This document shows positions 49,829-61,218 of a stretch of 64,000 nt of DNA, piece after piece; position 1 is the stretch's first letter; every line of letters begins with the position of its first letter. Below the pieces are notes generated by a model. That model worked only from the letters and a program-made list of their open reading frames with translations, was not told where the DNA came from and searched no databases. Position numbers and translations under genes: made by a program. The DNA is from an uncultured delta proteobacterium (lineage in GTDB: Bacteria; Myxococcota; Myxococcia; Myxococcales; Myxococcaceae), in the NCBI GenBank assembly GCA_963796055.1, contig CAWCKH010000003.1, positions 320,001 through 384,000 on the forward strand, read 5' to 3'.

Positions 49829-49832
49829 ACCG

Positions 49833-50129
49833 TCAGAACGGGATGTCGTCATCGTCGGTCGCCGCCGGGGCGGGCTTCGACGGCGCGCCCCGGGTGGGCT
49901 CGAGAGGGACGGTCCGGTCCCCGCCCTTGTGCTCCAGAAGCTCCTGCACGCGGCGCTCGGCCTGCTGGAGGAGGGCCTCGCCGCGCTTCACCAGCTGGAT
50001 GCCCTTCTCGAACTCCTCGAGCGAGTCCTCGAGGCTGAGCTGCCCGCCCTCGAGCTTCTTGACCACCTCCTCGAGGCGGTCCACGACGTCGCTGTAGCGC
50101 TCGCTGGGCGGCTCTTCTCGGGTGGCCAC
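49833..50129 (-). CDS. xseB: Exodeoxyribonuclease VII small subunit
   Basis: RLEEVVKKLEGGQLSLEDSLEEFEKGIQL...LQQAERRV, with an extended tail ending DDDDIPF. Confidence 0.92.
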   Translation of the reverse strand: MATREEPPSERYSDVVDRLEEVVKKLEGGQLSLEDSLEEFEKGIQLVKRGEALLQQAERRVQELLEHKGGDRTVPLEPTRGAPSKPAPAATDDDDIPF

Positions 50130-50172
50130 GGGACCTGCGTCTACCGCCGGGCCGGGCGAGGCGCAACCGCCG

Positions 50173-52176
50173 TCAGTCCGGGGGACGCTCGCCCTCGTCA
50201 CCGCCGGGCTTGACGCGCGTGACGGTGGCCTCGGCCTCGTCGCAGCCGGAGAGCGAGGCGCACCCGGGCGGCGCCCAGCGGAGCCGCACCGCGGCGCCGG
50301 GCTTCAGCTCGCCGGCCCGGCGCACCAGGTGCCCGTCGTCCGTCCGGTACACCACGGCGTAGCCACGGGCCATGACCCGGAGCGGGCTCAACCCGTCGAG
50401 GCGTCCGGCCTGCATCTCGGCCACCCGCTTCGATGCGGCGAGGCGGGCCCGCATGGCGCGCTCGAGCCGCGCCCGTGCCTCGCGCACCGGCGTCCGGGCC
50501 GCCGCCAGGCGTCCCTCGCCTTGCTGCCCCAGACGCGAGGTCAGGGCAGCGAGCCGCGTCCGGGCCCGGGCGAGGTCGACGTCGGGCGCCTTCCGCTCGA
50601 GTCGCTGCCGGTGCGACCCCAGCGCTGCGGCCTCGAGCGAGAGCCGGGCACGCTGCAGCTCGGCCAGCCTCCAGCGCAGACGGTCGAGCCGGGCGCGGCG
50701 CTCGCCGAGCAGCGACTCGGGCCGGAACCGCTCCAGCCGTCCGCGCAGGTCCATCAGCCGGGCGCGCTCGCTCCGGAGCCGCTCGGTCCAGAGCCGGCCG
50801 AGCGCCCGTTCCTGCTCGATGAGTCCGTGGCGGAGCCGGGTGACGTCCTGGCGCGGGTCGCGCAGGCGCCGCTCGTGCTGGCGGAGGCGCTCGCGGGCCC
50901 GGGCCACGGAGCCACCGACTCCCTGGCGGAGGCGGGTCCGGGCGGTGCGGAGATCGTCCAGCAGAGCCTCGAGCTCCGGGGCGAGCACCTCGGCGGCGGC
51001 GCTGGGGGTGGGCGCGCGGACGTCGGCCACGAAGTCGGCGATGGTGAAGTCGACCTCGTGGCCCACCGCCGAGACCACCGGCACCGGGCTGGCGGCGATG
51101 GCCCGCGCGACGGCCTCCTCGTTGAACGTCCAGAGGTCCTCGGCGCTGCCCCCGCCGCGGGTGACGACGATGACGTCCACGTCGGTCCGGACGAGCCGCT
51201 GGAGGGCGCGCACCACCTCGTCGGCTGCGCCCGGGCCCTGCACGCGGGCATGGCACAGGAGAACGGAGAGGCGGGGGTTTCTCCGATGAAGCACCCGCAG
51301 GAAGTCCTGGAGCGCCGCCCCGGAGCGGCTGGTGACGACGCCGATGCGCCAGGGGAGGAAGGGCAGCGGCCGAGGCGGGCGGAGCCGCTTCTCGCCCATC
51401 AGCCCCTCCGCCGTCAGCCGGTCCCGCAGCTGGGCGAAGGCGATGGCCAGCGCGCCGGCGCCCGACGGCTCGATGCGCTGGACGATGAGGTTGTACTGAC
51501 CGGCCTTCTCGTAGACGTCGAGGTTGCCCTCGGCGATGACCTCCATCCCCTCCTCCAGGCGGAACCGGAGGCGCTGGACGACGCTGGCCCAGATCTTCAC
51601 GTCGATGGAGGCACCGGCGTCCTTCAGCTTGAAGAAGAGATGGCCACTGGCGTGGAGGCCGCGGAAGTTGCTGACCTCGCCCCGCACCAGCACCCGGCGG
51701 AAGCCCTCGATCAGCACGCCCTTCACCGCCTGGGTGAGCTGGGTGACGGTGAGCACCACCCGCTCCGGCCGGACGACCGGCGTCGACACCGGGGTCTCGA
51801 TGCGGACCACCTCGGTGGTGGAGGTCCAGCGCACGGCAGGGCCTCGCTCGCGCGGGCGCGAGGGGGCGAGGTCCACCCGGACGGTCTCGCGGCTCACGCC
51901 CAGCTCCGTCGGCGGCTCGGGGTCGAGCGGTTCGGGCTCCCGGCGGGGCCGGGCGATGCGTGGGGGCGCGCTCACCTCCGGCGGTGGGAGGCCAGGCGGC
52001 GGCACGAGGTCAGGTGGAGGGGAGAGCTCGGCCGGGGGCTCGGGGGCATGCAGCGGAGCCGCGGGGACGGAGGGGGCTCGGTCGCTCCGCGCCTGGGGCT
52101 GACCGAAGAGGTCGCCCTGCAGCGTGGAGGGCGCGGACGGGACGAGGCTCTTGACCTTCTTCACGGGCACGGGCAA
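50173..52176 (-). CDS. xseA: Exodeoxyribonuclease VII large subunit with Pro-rich N-terminal extension
   Basis: VRGEVSNF, SGHLFF.LKD, RGGGSAEDL..FNEE, VSAVGHEVD, RAPTPSAAAE, LSP..VMARGY. Confidence 0.93.
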   Translation of the reverse strand: MPVPVKKVKSLVPSAPSTLQGDLFGQPQARSDRAPSVPAAPLHAPEPPAELSPPPDLVPPPGLPPPEVSAPPRIARPRREPEPLDPEPPTELGVSRETVRVDLAPSRPRERGPAVRWTSTTEVVRIETPVSTPVVRPERVVLTVTQLTQAVKGVLIEGFRRVLVRGEVSNFRGLHASGHLFFKLKDAGASIDVKIWASVVQRLRFRLEEGMEVIAEGNLDVYEKAGQYNLIVQRIEPSGAGALAIAFAQLRDRLTAEGLMGEKRLRPPRPLPFLPWRIGVVTSRSGAALQDFLRVLHRRNPRLSVLLCHARVQGPGAADEVVRALQRLVRTDVDVIVVTRGGGSAEDLWTFNEEAVARAIAASPVPVVSAVGHEVDFTIADFVADVRAPTPSAAAEVLAPELEALLDDLRTARTRLRQGVGGSVARARERLRQHERRLRDPRQDVTRLRHGLIEQERALGRLWTERLRSERARLMDLRGRLERFRPESLLGERRARLDRLRWRLAELQRARLSLEAAALGSHRQRLERKAPDVDLARARTRLAALTSRLGQQGEGRLAAARTPVREARARLERAMRARLAASKRVAEMQAGRLDGLSPLRVMARGYAVVYRTDDGHLVRRAGELKPGAAVRLRWAPPGCASLSGCDEAEATVTRVKPGGDEGERPPD

Positions 52177-52232
52177 CGAGCTCCAGAGGCTGGAGTATGC
52201 CGTGGGACTGACGCTCGCCGCTTCCCCGCGGC

Positions 52233-53588
52233 TCAGCGCTCCTGCTCGGCCGGCAGCTGGACCGAGAAGCCCCGGGCGATCTCCGCCGCCCGCCTTGCCT
52301 CCGGGGTGCCCGGGAACTCACGGCCGACGACGGAGCAGTGAAGGACCGCGTCCGGCCCGAGCTGGAGCGAGGCGTCAATCTCGCACCGCTCCATCAGCAG
52401 CGCCTTGCGCTGGTCGCCCGTCGCGGTCTCCAGCTGGCGGCCGATCTCGACGAGTCGGGCCTGCTTCTCGGGTGAGCTGGCCCCCATGCGCATGGACTGC
52501 ATCGGGGCGACCTTGAGCCCCGTGGCGGCGGGAGCCGCGGCGGCGCCCTTGCTCTCGGCGGGAGCAGGCTGCCGGAGCGCCTTGGTGGGCGGGGCGGGCT
52601 GGACATCCGCGGACGCATGACCACGCTCGGACTTGGCCAGCGCCTCGTTCAGCGGCGCGGCGGCGTTCGCGCCTGCGCTCTGCGCGTCGAGCTCCTCCGC
52701 GCTGGCCGGGGTGGGCGCCTGGCCCGGGGTGGCGTGAAGGCCATTCTGCTCGCGATGCCCGACCCGGACGCTCTTCTTCGCGGCGAAGGCGTCCCCACCG
52801 GCGACGCTCCCACCGCCGGCCGCACTGGACGGCCCGACCAGAGAACCCGTCCGCTCGGTGGAGACGCTCGCTCCGCCGAGCAGCCCGGAGACGTTCGAGC
52901 GGGCCGCAGACTGGTCCTTCGCGGCGTCGTCCGCCCGTCGCTGCTCGGGGGGCGGAGACGAGGGCTTGCGATCGGCCGGAGCGTCGAGCTTCGCCAGCTC
53001 CTTCTGCTTCGTCTCGGGCTCCGCAGCGACCGAGCGCGGCCGGGCCGGCTGCTCCGCGACGACGGGCTGCCCGGCCTTCCCCGCCATCGTCGCCGCAGGC
53101 GGCGACGCTGACGGCGCCGGAGCCTTCACCGCCTGCTCCCGGGCCGCCTCGTCCCGCGCGCGACCTTCCTGCACCGGGGCGGGCGGCCTTTCCGCCTGGG
53201 CCAGCATGTCGGTCGCGCCTGCTGCCGGCGCCTGGGCGACGCTCTCCGCCTGCTCCCGCGGCGTGGGAAGCACCAGCCAGACCACCGCCAGCGCCGCGGC
53301 GGCCGAGAGGATGCCGAGGATGCGCAGGCCACCGCGCCGGCTCCGCGCGCGGGCCGCGGCCTGCTCCCCGTAGGCGAGGAGCGAGTCCAGTCCCCGTTCG
53401 GGAGCCGGCTCGGTCGGAACCGAGCGAAACGCGGTCCGCACCTCGGCGATGCCCTCGAGCACGGTGCGGCAACGACTGCAGCCATCGACGTGCTGTCGGA
53501 GCGCGCGGGCCTCCGAGGCCGGGACCTCGCCGTAGGCCAGCTCCAGCAGCCGGTCGTCGTCGGGATGGGCAGGCACGGGAGGCCTCAT
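52233..53588 (-). CDS. Zinc-binding (ZAS) transmembrane anti-sigma factor
   Basis: HVDGCSRC (HxxxCxxC), one TM helix, Ala/Pro-rich extracytoplasmic part. ATGA overlap with the sigma gene. Confidence 0.8.
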   Translation of the reverse strand: MRPPVPAHPDDDRLLELAYGEVPASEARALRQHVDGCSRCRTVLEGIAEVRTAFRSVPTEPAPERGLDSLLAYGEQAAARARSRRGGLRILGILSAAAALAVVWLVLPTPREQAESVAQAPAAGATDMLAQAERPPAPVQEGRARDEAAREQAVKAPAPSASPPAATMAGKAGQPVVAEQPARPRSVAAEPETKQKELAKLDAPADRKPSSPPPEQRRADDAAKDQSAARSNVSGLLGGASVSTERTGSLVGPSSAAGGGSVAGGDAFAAKKSVRVGHREQNGLHATPGQAPTPASAEELDAQSAGANAAAPLNEALAKSERGHASADVQPAPPTKALRQPAPAESKGAAAAPAATGLKVAPMQSMRMGASSPEKQARLVEIGRQLETATGDQRKALLMERCEIDASLQLGPDAVLHCSVVGREFPGTPEARRAAEIARGFSVQLPAEQER

Positions 53589-54304
53589 GCCACCTGACCT
53601 CCCGCGGGCGCGTCGACACCCGCCTCGGTCAGACGCGTCCGCAGCGCCTCGAGCGCGTAGCGCATCCGGCTCTTCACCGTGGGCTCGGGGGCGCCGGTCA
53701 TCCGGGCGATCTCGTGGAAGGGGATGCCCGCCATCTCCCGGAGGAGGAAGACCTCGCGCTGGGCCTCGGGGAGAGCGGCGATGGCCGCCTCGAGCAAGGG
53801 CCGGAGCTCGGACGACGCAGCGGCGCGCTCGGGATCGTGCGCCCCGGTCGACACCCGCTCGGCCTCCAGCGGCTCGGCGGCGCGCGCTCGCTCTCGTCGT
53901 GCTCCATCCACGCAGGCATTCCTCGCAATGGTGTACAGCCAGGTGGTGAACCGTGCACGCGGGCTCCAGTCGTTCGACGCGCGAACCACCTTCAGCCAGG
54001 TCTCCTGGAGGATGTCCTCCGCCCGCGCCCGGTCCTGCGTCCAGCGCAGGACGAAGGCGAACACCGCCCCCCGGTGCCGCCGCACCAGCTCCGGGAAGGC
54101 CCGGGCATCACCCCGCTGGAACCGCCGCATCAGGACCTCGTCGGGGGTCGTGTGGTCGGGGGTGTCGATGCGGCCTCCGCCGGTGCTCCATTCATGCCGC
54201 CTGGAACGCGAGGCGCCGGCCGATGGATCTACGGACGCTTCCGAGTCTGGCAGCCTGCCAGGTGGGCTGTCATGGGAGGGAGCCCACCTGCTCCACGGGC
54301 ACAC
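53585..54304 (-). CDS. ECF sigma-70 factor (start uncertain)
   Basis: GDARAF, AEDILQETW, FTTWLYTIARN, LPEAQREVFLLRE, TVKSRMRYA. Confidence 0.9.
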   Translation of the reverse strand: MCPWSRWAPSHDSPPGRLPDSEASVDPSAGASRSRRHEWSTGGGRIDTPDHTTPDEVLMRRFQRGDARAFPELVRRHRGAVFAFVLRWTQDRARAEDILQETWLKVVRASNDWSPRARFTTWLYTIARNACVDGARRERARAAEPLEAERVSTGAHDPERAAASSELRPLLEAAIAALPEAQREVFLLREMAGIPFHEIARMTGAPEPTVKSRMRYALEALRTRLTEAGVDAPAGGQVA

Positions 54305-55031
54305 CTGGCGGCGGCTCGGGGACGAACAGGGAGGAGTCCGGCTGCTCGCCCAGCCGGAGGTCGGTGTACTGCAGGGCCACCGAGCCCTGGCCGGCGAAGG
54401 TGATGGAGCGCGGGAACGGCGTGCCGCGGAGGTCCTCGAAGTCGGCGAAGGTCAGGGTGTAACCGCCCGGGCCGTCGACCCGGCTGCGGACCACCCGCTT
54501 CCGCGAAGGGTCCACCCACAGCTCCTGCGTCCGTCCGCCTGCCCGGAGGGTGACCCGGAACACGTTCTCCTCGGGGTCGACGGCGAGCGTTGGCGCGGGG
54601 TCCGGCAGGCGCGGGGCGCGGCCGAGGAGCATCGATACCAGCTGCTCGGGCGGGAGCGAGACCGGGACCACCCGCGACACGTTCTCGGCGCTGGCCGCGC
54701 CGCGCTGCCACACGCCCACGTCGGACGAGAACATCACGAATCGGTTGCCATCGGAGATGAGGATGCCGCTCGGCTTGCCGAAGAAGTCGAGCACCTCGAG
54801 GTGCACCAAGGCCGGCGAGGAGACCGCCACGAAGAGCTGGACGTTGCCCTTCTTGCCGCGACCGTCTACGCGGGCCTTGGCCTGGCTTTGCAGCCGGGCC
54901 ACCTGGGCATCGACGACGTCCACCTCGGCGAGCAATGCCGTGGCATCCGGGGGAGGGACGCTGCGGATGTCCACCCGCGGCGGACACCCGGCGAGCGCGA
55001 TTAGGAACAACGGCAGGCCACGCCTGTTCAT
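54270..55031 (-). CDS. Lipoprotein, LolB/DUF4292-like
   Basis: Lipobox LAGC after ATG 55031, LHLEVLDFFG-type strand, C-terminal F..EPPPG. Confidence 0.7.
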   Translation of the reverse strand: MNRRGLPLFLIALAGCPPRVDIRSVPPPDATALLAEVDVVDAQVARLQSQAKARVDGRGKKGNVQLFVAVSSPALVHLEVLDFFGKPSGILISDGNRFVMFSSDVGVWQRGAASAENVSRVVPVSLPPEQLVSMLLGRAPRLPDPAPTLAVDPEENVFRVTLRAGGRTQELWVDPSRKRVVRSRVDGPGGYTLTFADFEDLRGTPFPRSITFAGQGSVALQYTDLRLGEQPDSSLFVPEPPPGVPVEQVGSLP

Positions 55032-55082
55032 GGGCAGCGAAAAGCACGTAACCTCGGTAAAGCTCAAGGATTTGAGGGCGGA

Positions 55083-55805
55083 ATGACCTTCGAAGAGTTG
55101 TCCCACTACCTGCGCCTGGGTGGCGCGACGCTGGCGATCATCCTCGCCGCCTCGGTCCTGGCCATCGGGGTGGCCGTGGAGCGGTGGATCGCGCTGTGGA
55201 ACATGTCCGCCAACTCCCGGGCCCTGACCGATGCCGTGGGCCGGCACCTCCTGCGCGGGGACGTCTCGGCGGCGAAGAGCACCGTGGAGCGGTCCGACAC
55301 GCTCCTGGCGGACGTCTACCGGATGGGCTTCGAGCGGCTGGAGCGCAGCCGGACGGTGACGCCCGGGGTGGAGGCGGCGGTGGAGCGCGAGCGGGCGCAG
55401 CTCGGGCTCCGGATGAAGAAGAACCTCTGGATTCTCGGGACCATCGGCGCGACCACGCCCTTCGTCGGCCTCTTCGGCACGGTGTACGGAATCATGCGCA
55501 GCTTCCGGGAGCTGGGCCTGGACGTGGAGGCCGGCGGGACGGGCGGCACGGCGGCGGTGATGACCGGCATCTCCGAGGCGCTGGTGGCGACCGCGGCGGG
55601 CATCCTGGTGGCGGTGGAGGCGGTCATCCTCTTCAACTACTTCCAGTCGCGCATCGCCCGGCTGAACGTGGAGATTCGGCTGCAGATCGAGGAGTTCATG
55701 GAGCTGCTCCGCGAGCGCCCCACCGGGCCCGCGCACCCCGAGCCGGCGCAGCCGTCCAAGGCCCCCACCCCGCTGCCGGCCGTGACCACGGCCGGGGCGA
55801 GCTAG
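55083..55805 (+). CDS. exbB: MotA/TolQ/ExbB proton channel
   Basis: LGTIGATTPFVGLFGTVYGIM, GISEALVATAAG. Confidence 0.9.
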   Translation: MTFEELSHYLRLGGATLAIILAASVLAIGVAVERWIALWNMSANSRALTDAVGRHLLRGDVSAAKSTVERSDTLLADVYRMGFERLERSRTVTPGVEAAVERERAQLGLRMKKNLWILGTIGATTPFVGLFGTVYGIMRSFRELGLDVEAGGTGGTAAVMTGISEALVATAAGILVAVEAVILFNYFQSRIARLNVEIRLQIEEFMELLRERPTGPAHPEPAQPSKAPTPLPAVTTAGAS

Positions 55806-55816
55806 GAGGGGGGCAG

Positions 55817-56278
55817 ATGGCGATCGGGCACGTCCCCGGCACGGCGGAAGACGAGACGGAGGAGGCGGTCTTCTCGGAGATCAACATCACTCCGCTCACC
55901 GACATCTTCCTGGTTCTCCTCATCATCTTCATGGTGACCAGCTCGGTCATCGTGAACCAGGGCGCGGGCGCGGCGAAGGCGGGGCTGAAGGTGAATCTGC
56001 CCAAGGGGAGCGCCGCGGACGTCATGCCGGCCTCGACCGACCTCTCGGTGGCCGTGCTGCAGGACGGCCGCATCGTTCTCTCGGGCAACGTGGTGTCCAA
56101 CGAGGAGCTGAAGAAGGCCCTCGACGAGGCGCGGGCGAAGAACCCCAACACCCTGGTGGTCATCCAGGCCGATGAGGGCGTCCCCCACGGCCGGGTGGTC
56201 GAGGTGATGGAGACGGCGAAGGGCGCCGGCCTCGGTCAGCTCGCCATCGGGGTCCGCGAGGCGCCAGGGACCAAGTAG
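55817..56278 (+). CDS. exbD: ExbD/TolR protein
   Basis: GGAGG RBS, EINITPLTDIFLVLLIIFMV, IQAD..VPHG.VV.VM. Confidence 0.9.
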   Translation: MAIGHVPGTAEDETEEAVFSEINITPLTDIFLVLLIIFMVTSSVIVNQGAGAAKAGLKVNLPKGSAADVMPASTDLSVAVLQDGRIVLSGNVVSNEELKKALDEARAKNPNTLVVIQADEGVPHGRVVEVMETAKGAGLGQLAIGVREAPGTK

Positions 56279-56491
56279 TCCCCGAGGTCCTCCCAGGGCT
56301 CGCCGGCGCGGAGACGAGGCCGCGACAGTGTCGCCCACGGTGTGCCCGCTTCGGATCGGGCACCCCGGCCTCTGGTGAGTCGACCGGGCGCCCGCGCGGG
56401 CGCCCACCAGGGCGGAGGGAACGACGGGCTGACTGCGCGTCGGGTCCTCGCGCTTCCGTGGACCTGCGAGCGCGCTCCTGGCGCGGCCGGA

Positions 56492-56507
56492 TGGCACCCC
56501 TGCTGCA
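56492..56507 (+). promoter_or_regulatory. Putative sigma54 (-24/-12) promoter
   Basis: TGGCAC-CCCTG-CTGCA has the exact GG-N10-GC spacing and lies ~70 bp upstream of the small ORF. Confidence 0.5.
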
Positions 56508-56575
56508 CTTCCGGGTTGACGGGCGCGGCGGTTCGCGCTGCCGGGGTGACGCCCGGGAAACCGAGGAGACGACAG

Positions 56576-56761
56576 ATGAGTGCACGGGAGCAGACGAACG
56601 GAAGCGCGGTCTGGCCGCGCACGGCCACCGTGGCGGTCCTGGCGGCGATGGCGATCCTGGGTGCGGTGATCCCCGTCAGCAGGGCGATCACGCCCGCTCT
56701 GGACCAGCCCGCGGCGAGCTCGCCCGAGGAGCCGGAAGCAGTCCCGGTGTCCGGATCCTGA
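56576..56761 (+). CDS. Small single-TM or secreted peptide (61 aa)
   Basis: GAGGAG RBS, hydrophobic segment TVAVLAAMAILGAVIPV. Confidence 0.5.
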   Translation: MSAREQTNGSAVWPRTATVAVLAAMAILGAVIPVSRAITPALDQPAASSPEEPEAVPVSGS

Positions 56762-56793
56762 AGGCGCGGCCTGCAGAGGCGGCAGGCCCTCGC

Positions 56794-58810
56794 TCAGGGA
56801 CCGGGGAGCTGCCGTAGCTGTTCGACCAGGGCCTCGAAGCGAGGGAGCCCCCGGAGCGCGGGGAAGGACTCCGCCGAGACGTCCTTTCGCACCGTCGGCT
56901 CGATCCCGTTCCGCACCGCAGCCTCGAGGAGGTCCAGCGCCTCCTCCGGCGCGCGACCCTGCACGTAGGCAGCGAGATGGACCTGGGTGTTGGTGGTCAG
57001 GAAGTGTTTCGGCCCGAGGGCGCGCTCGCTGAAGGCGAGCGCCTCCCGCCCCATCCGTTCCGCCTCCGGGAGCCGGTGAAGGTCGTAGAGCAGGCTGCTC
57101 AGCGATGTCCGCGAGCGGATCGTCAGGGGATGCTCCGGCCCGAGCACCCGCTCCTGGATGGCCAGCGTCTCTCGCGCGAGCGACTCGGCCTCCTCCATTC
57201 GGCCCTGCCGCTGGACCAGCTGCCACACCAGCATCATCGCGTTCAGGGTCTGCGGATGCTCCGGCCCGAGGACCTTCCTCTTCAGCTGCAGCGCCTCCTG
57301 CTGAAGCGAGAGTGCCTCCTCGAGATGTCCCTCCGCCTTCAGCGTGTTGGAGAGGTTGGTGATGAGCTGCAGCGTGTTGGGATGGTCGTCTCCGAGCACG
57401 GACCGGGCTCGGCCCAGCGTGTCGCGTTGCAGCGCCTCCGCCTCGGCGTAGCGCCCGGTCTCCTGGTACACCGAGGCCAGGTTGATCAGCGCTCGGATCT
57501 CGCTCGGGTTCTGCCGGCTGAGCAGCGGCCGGGCGCGTTCCGCCACTTGCCGGAACAGGGGCGCCGCCTCGTCGCGGCGCCCCGCTGACTTCAAGGTGAG
57601 CCCGAGGGTGTTGATCGCGCGCAGCGTGCTCGGGTCGGTGGGGCCGAGCAGTCGTGACTTCGCCGCCACGGCTTCCCGCAGGAACTCCTCGGCCTCGGCG
57701 TACTTCCCAAGCTCCTGCAGCGTGCCGCCCAGCGCGTGGAGTGCGTCCGCGGTCTCGAGGCGGTGGGGTCCGAGCACCCGGCGATCGAGCTCCAGCGCCT
57801 GACGCTCCAGCTGCTCGGCCCGGGGGAGCAAGCCGAGCTGAAAGTAGACCCCTCCGATGGTGCTCATCATCCGGGCCTGCAGCTCGGGGTCCCTCGCCAG
57901 CGACCGCTCCACGTCCGCCGAGGCGCGATCGAGGATCTCGCGGGCGGTCACCGAGTTCCCCCGGGCCTCCGAGGGGTCCGAGACCCGGAAGATCCCGGTG
58001 AGGAACTCGGTCATCCGTCGCGAGGCGGCCGCCTCCTTGTTCGCCCGATCCCGCTCGGCCGCGACGCGGCGCAACTGCAAGGTCATGCTCACCGCGAATG
58101 CCACGAGGAGGATCAGTGCGCCGGCGGCGATCGTCGCCCCGAGGCGGTGGCGGCGGAGATACTTCCGGACCCGGTACCCGACGCTCGGGATGCGGGCGAG
58201 CACCGGCTCGTGCTGCAGGTGGCGCCGGAGGTCGGTGGCGAGCTCGGACGCAGCTCCGTATCGGCGGGCGCGATCCTTCTCCAGCGCTCTGAGGGCGATC
58301 GCGTCCAGATCTCCCGCGATCTCCCTCGACAGCGTGCCGGGATCGGTCCGTTCCTCTCCGGCCGCAGCTCGGGAGGCCCGGGTCAGAAGGCGCGTGCTGG
58401 GCCTCGGTGGCTCCTCCTCGCGGAGGATGCGCCGGAGCTCGTCCGCCGTGGAGGTCCGGAGCCGCTCGGAGGGAAACGGCAGCTCCCCGGTCAGCAGCTG
58501 GTAGAGGACCACCCCGAGCGAGTACACGTCGCTGCGGGTGTCGACGTCCGCGCCCGTCGAGTCCGCCTGCTCGGGGCTCATGTACTCCGGCGTGCCGATG
58601 ACCGAGCCGAGCTCGGTGAACAGCGTCCGGTCGGTGAGGCGCTGGCCGATGGCCTTGGCGATCCCGAAGTCGATGATCTTCGGCTGCGGGCGGCCATCCA
58701 CCTCGGTGACCAGGATGTTCGTCGGTTTGAGATCTCGGTGAATGACGGCCTTCTGGTGCGCGTGCTGCACGCCGTCGCAGACCTCGGCGAGGAGTGACAC
58801 CCGCGCTGCC
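56794..58810 (-). pseudogene. Hanks-type Ser/Thr kinase with TM and TPR repeats, lacking the N-lobe
   Basis: HRDLKPTN, DFG, GTPEYMSPEQ and LGxxHP TPRs are present. No Gly-loop or VAIK; similarity begins at ARVSLLAEVC. Confidence 0.85.
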
Positions 58811-58814
58811 GTGG

Positions 58815-59245
58815 CCAGCGCGCGGCGCGAGGACCTGGGCCTGGTGGTGCGCAGCATCCTCGGCGCGGTCCCGGGCGGCCCGGGACGGATCCGTCTCGAG
58901 CTGGAGGCGGCGCGCGCGCTGCTGTTGCACCCGTGGCCGCTCAACGTCCGTCAGCTGCGAACGATGCTGCTCGCCGCGGTCGACCTCGCGAGCGTGGACG
59001 AGACCGGACCGGTGCTGGTGGGCAGGGGCCACGTCTCCGAGCCCGAGCAACCACCCTCGCGGGGCACCGCAGCGACACAGCCGCGGCCGCTCTCCCCTGC
59101 CGACCAGGCGCTGCGCGGCCAGCTGGCGTCGCTGCTCGCCGAGCACCGGGGCAACGTGGCGGCGGTCGCTCGAGCCTTTGGCAAGCCTCGGACCCACGTG
59201 CAACGGCTGATGGCGCGCCTCGGTCTCCGGCGCGACGAGCGCTGA
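58815..59245 (+). pseudogene. C-terminal part of a sigma54-dependent (Fis-HTH) activator
   Basis: RREDL...HPWPLNVRQL...LAEHRGNVAAVARAFG..RT. No Walker A or GAFTGA. Confidence 0.8.
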
Positions 59246-59266
59246 CCGGCGCGGGGGGCCCGCTGC

Positions 59267-61108
<1,842 letters not shown>

Positions 61109-61218
61109 CGGTCGACTCCAGAATCAACGGGACACACCGGAAGCATGTGTCCGGCTGATTCCCGAGTCAATCCAAAATGACGCCCCGCGTCGGCAGGGGC
61201 CTGGAGGGGTCGTCAGAC

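Noticed and set aside
55802..59203. 1133-aa ORF and other long shadow ORFs (e.g. 50122..52341, 43342..45423, 28589..30622)
   Set aside because: These are antisense or alternate-frame products of high GC content, with no domain motifs, overlapping well-supported genes.
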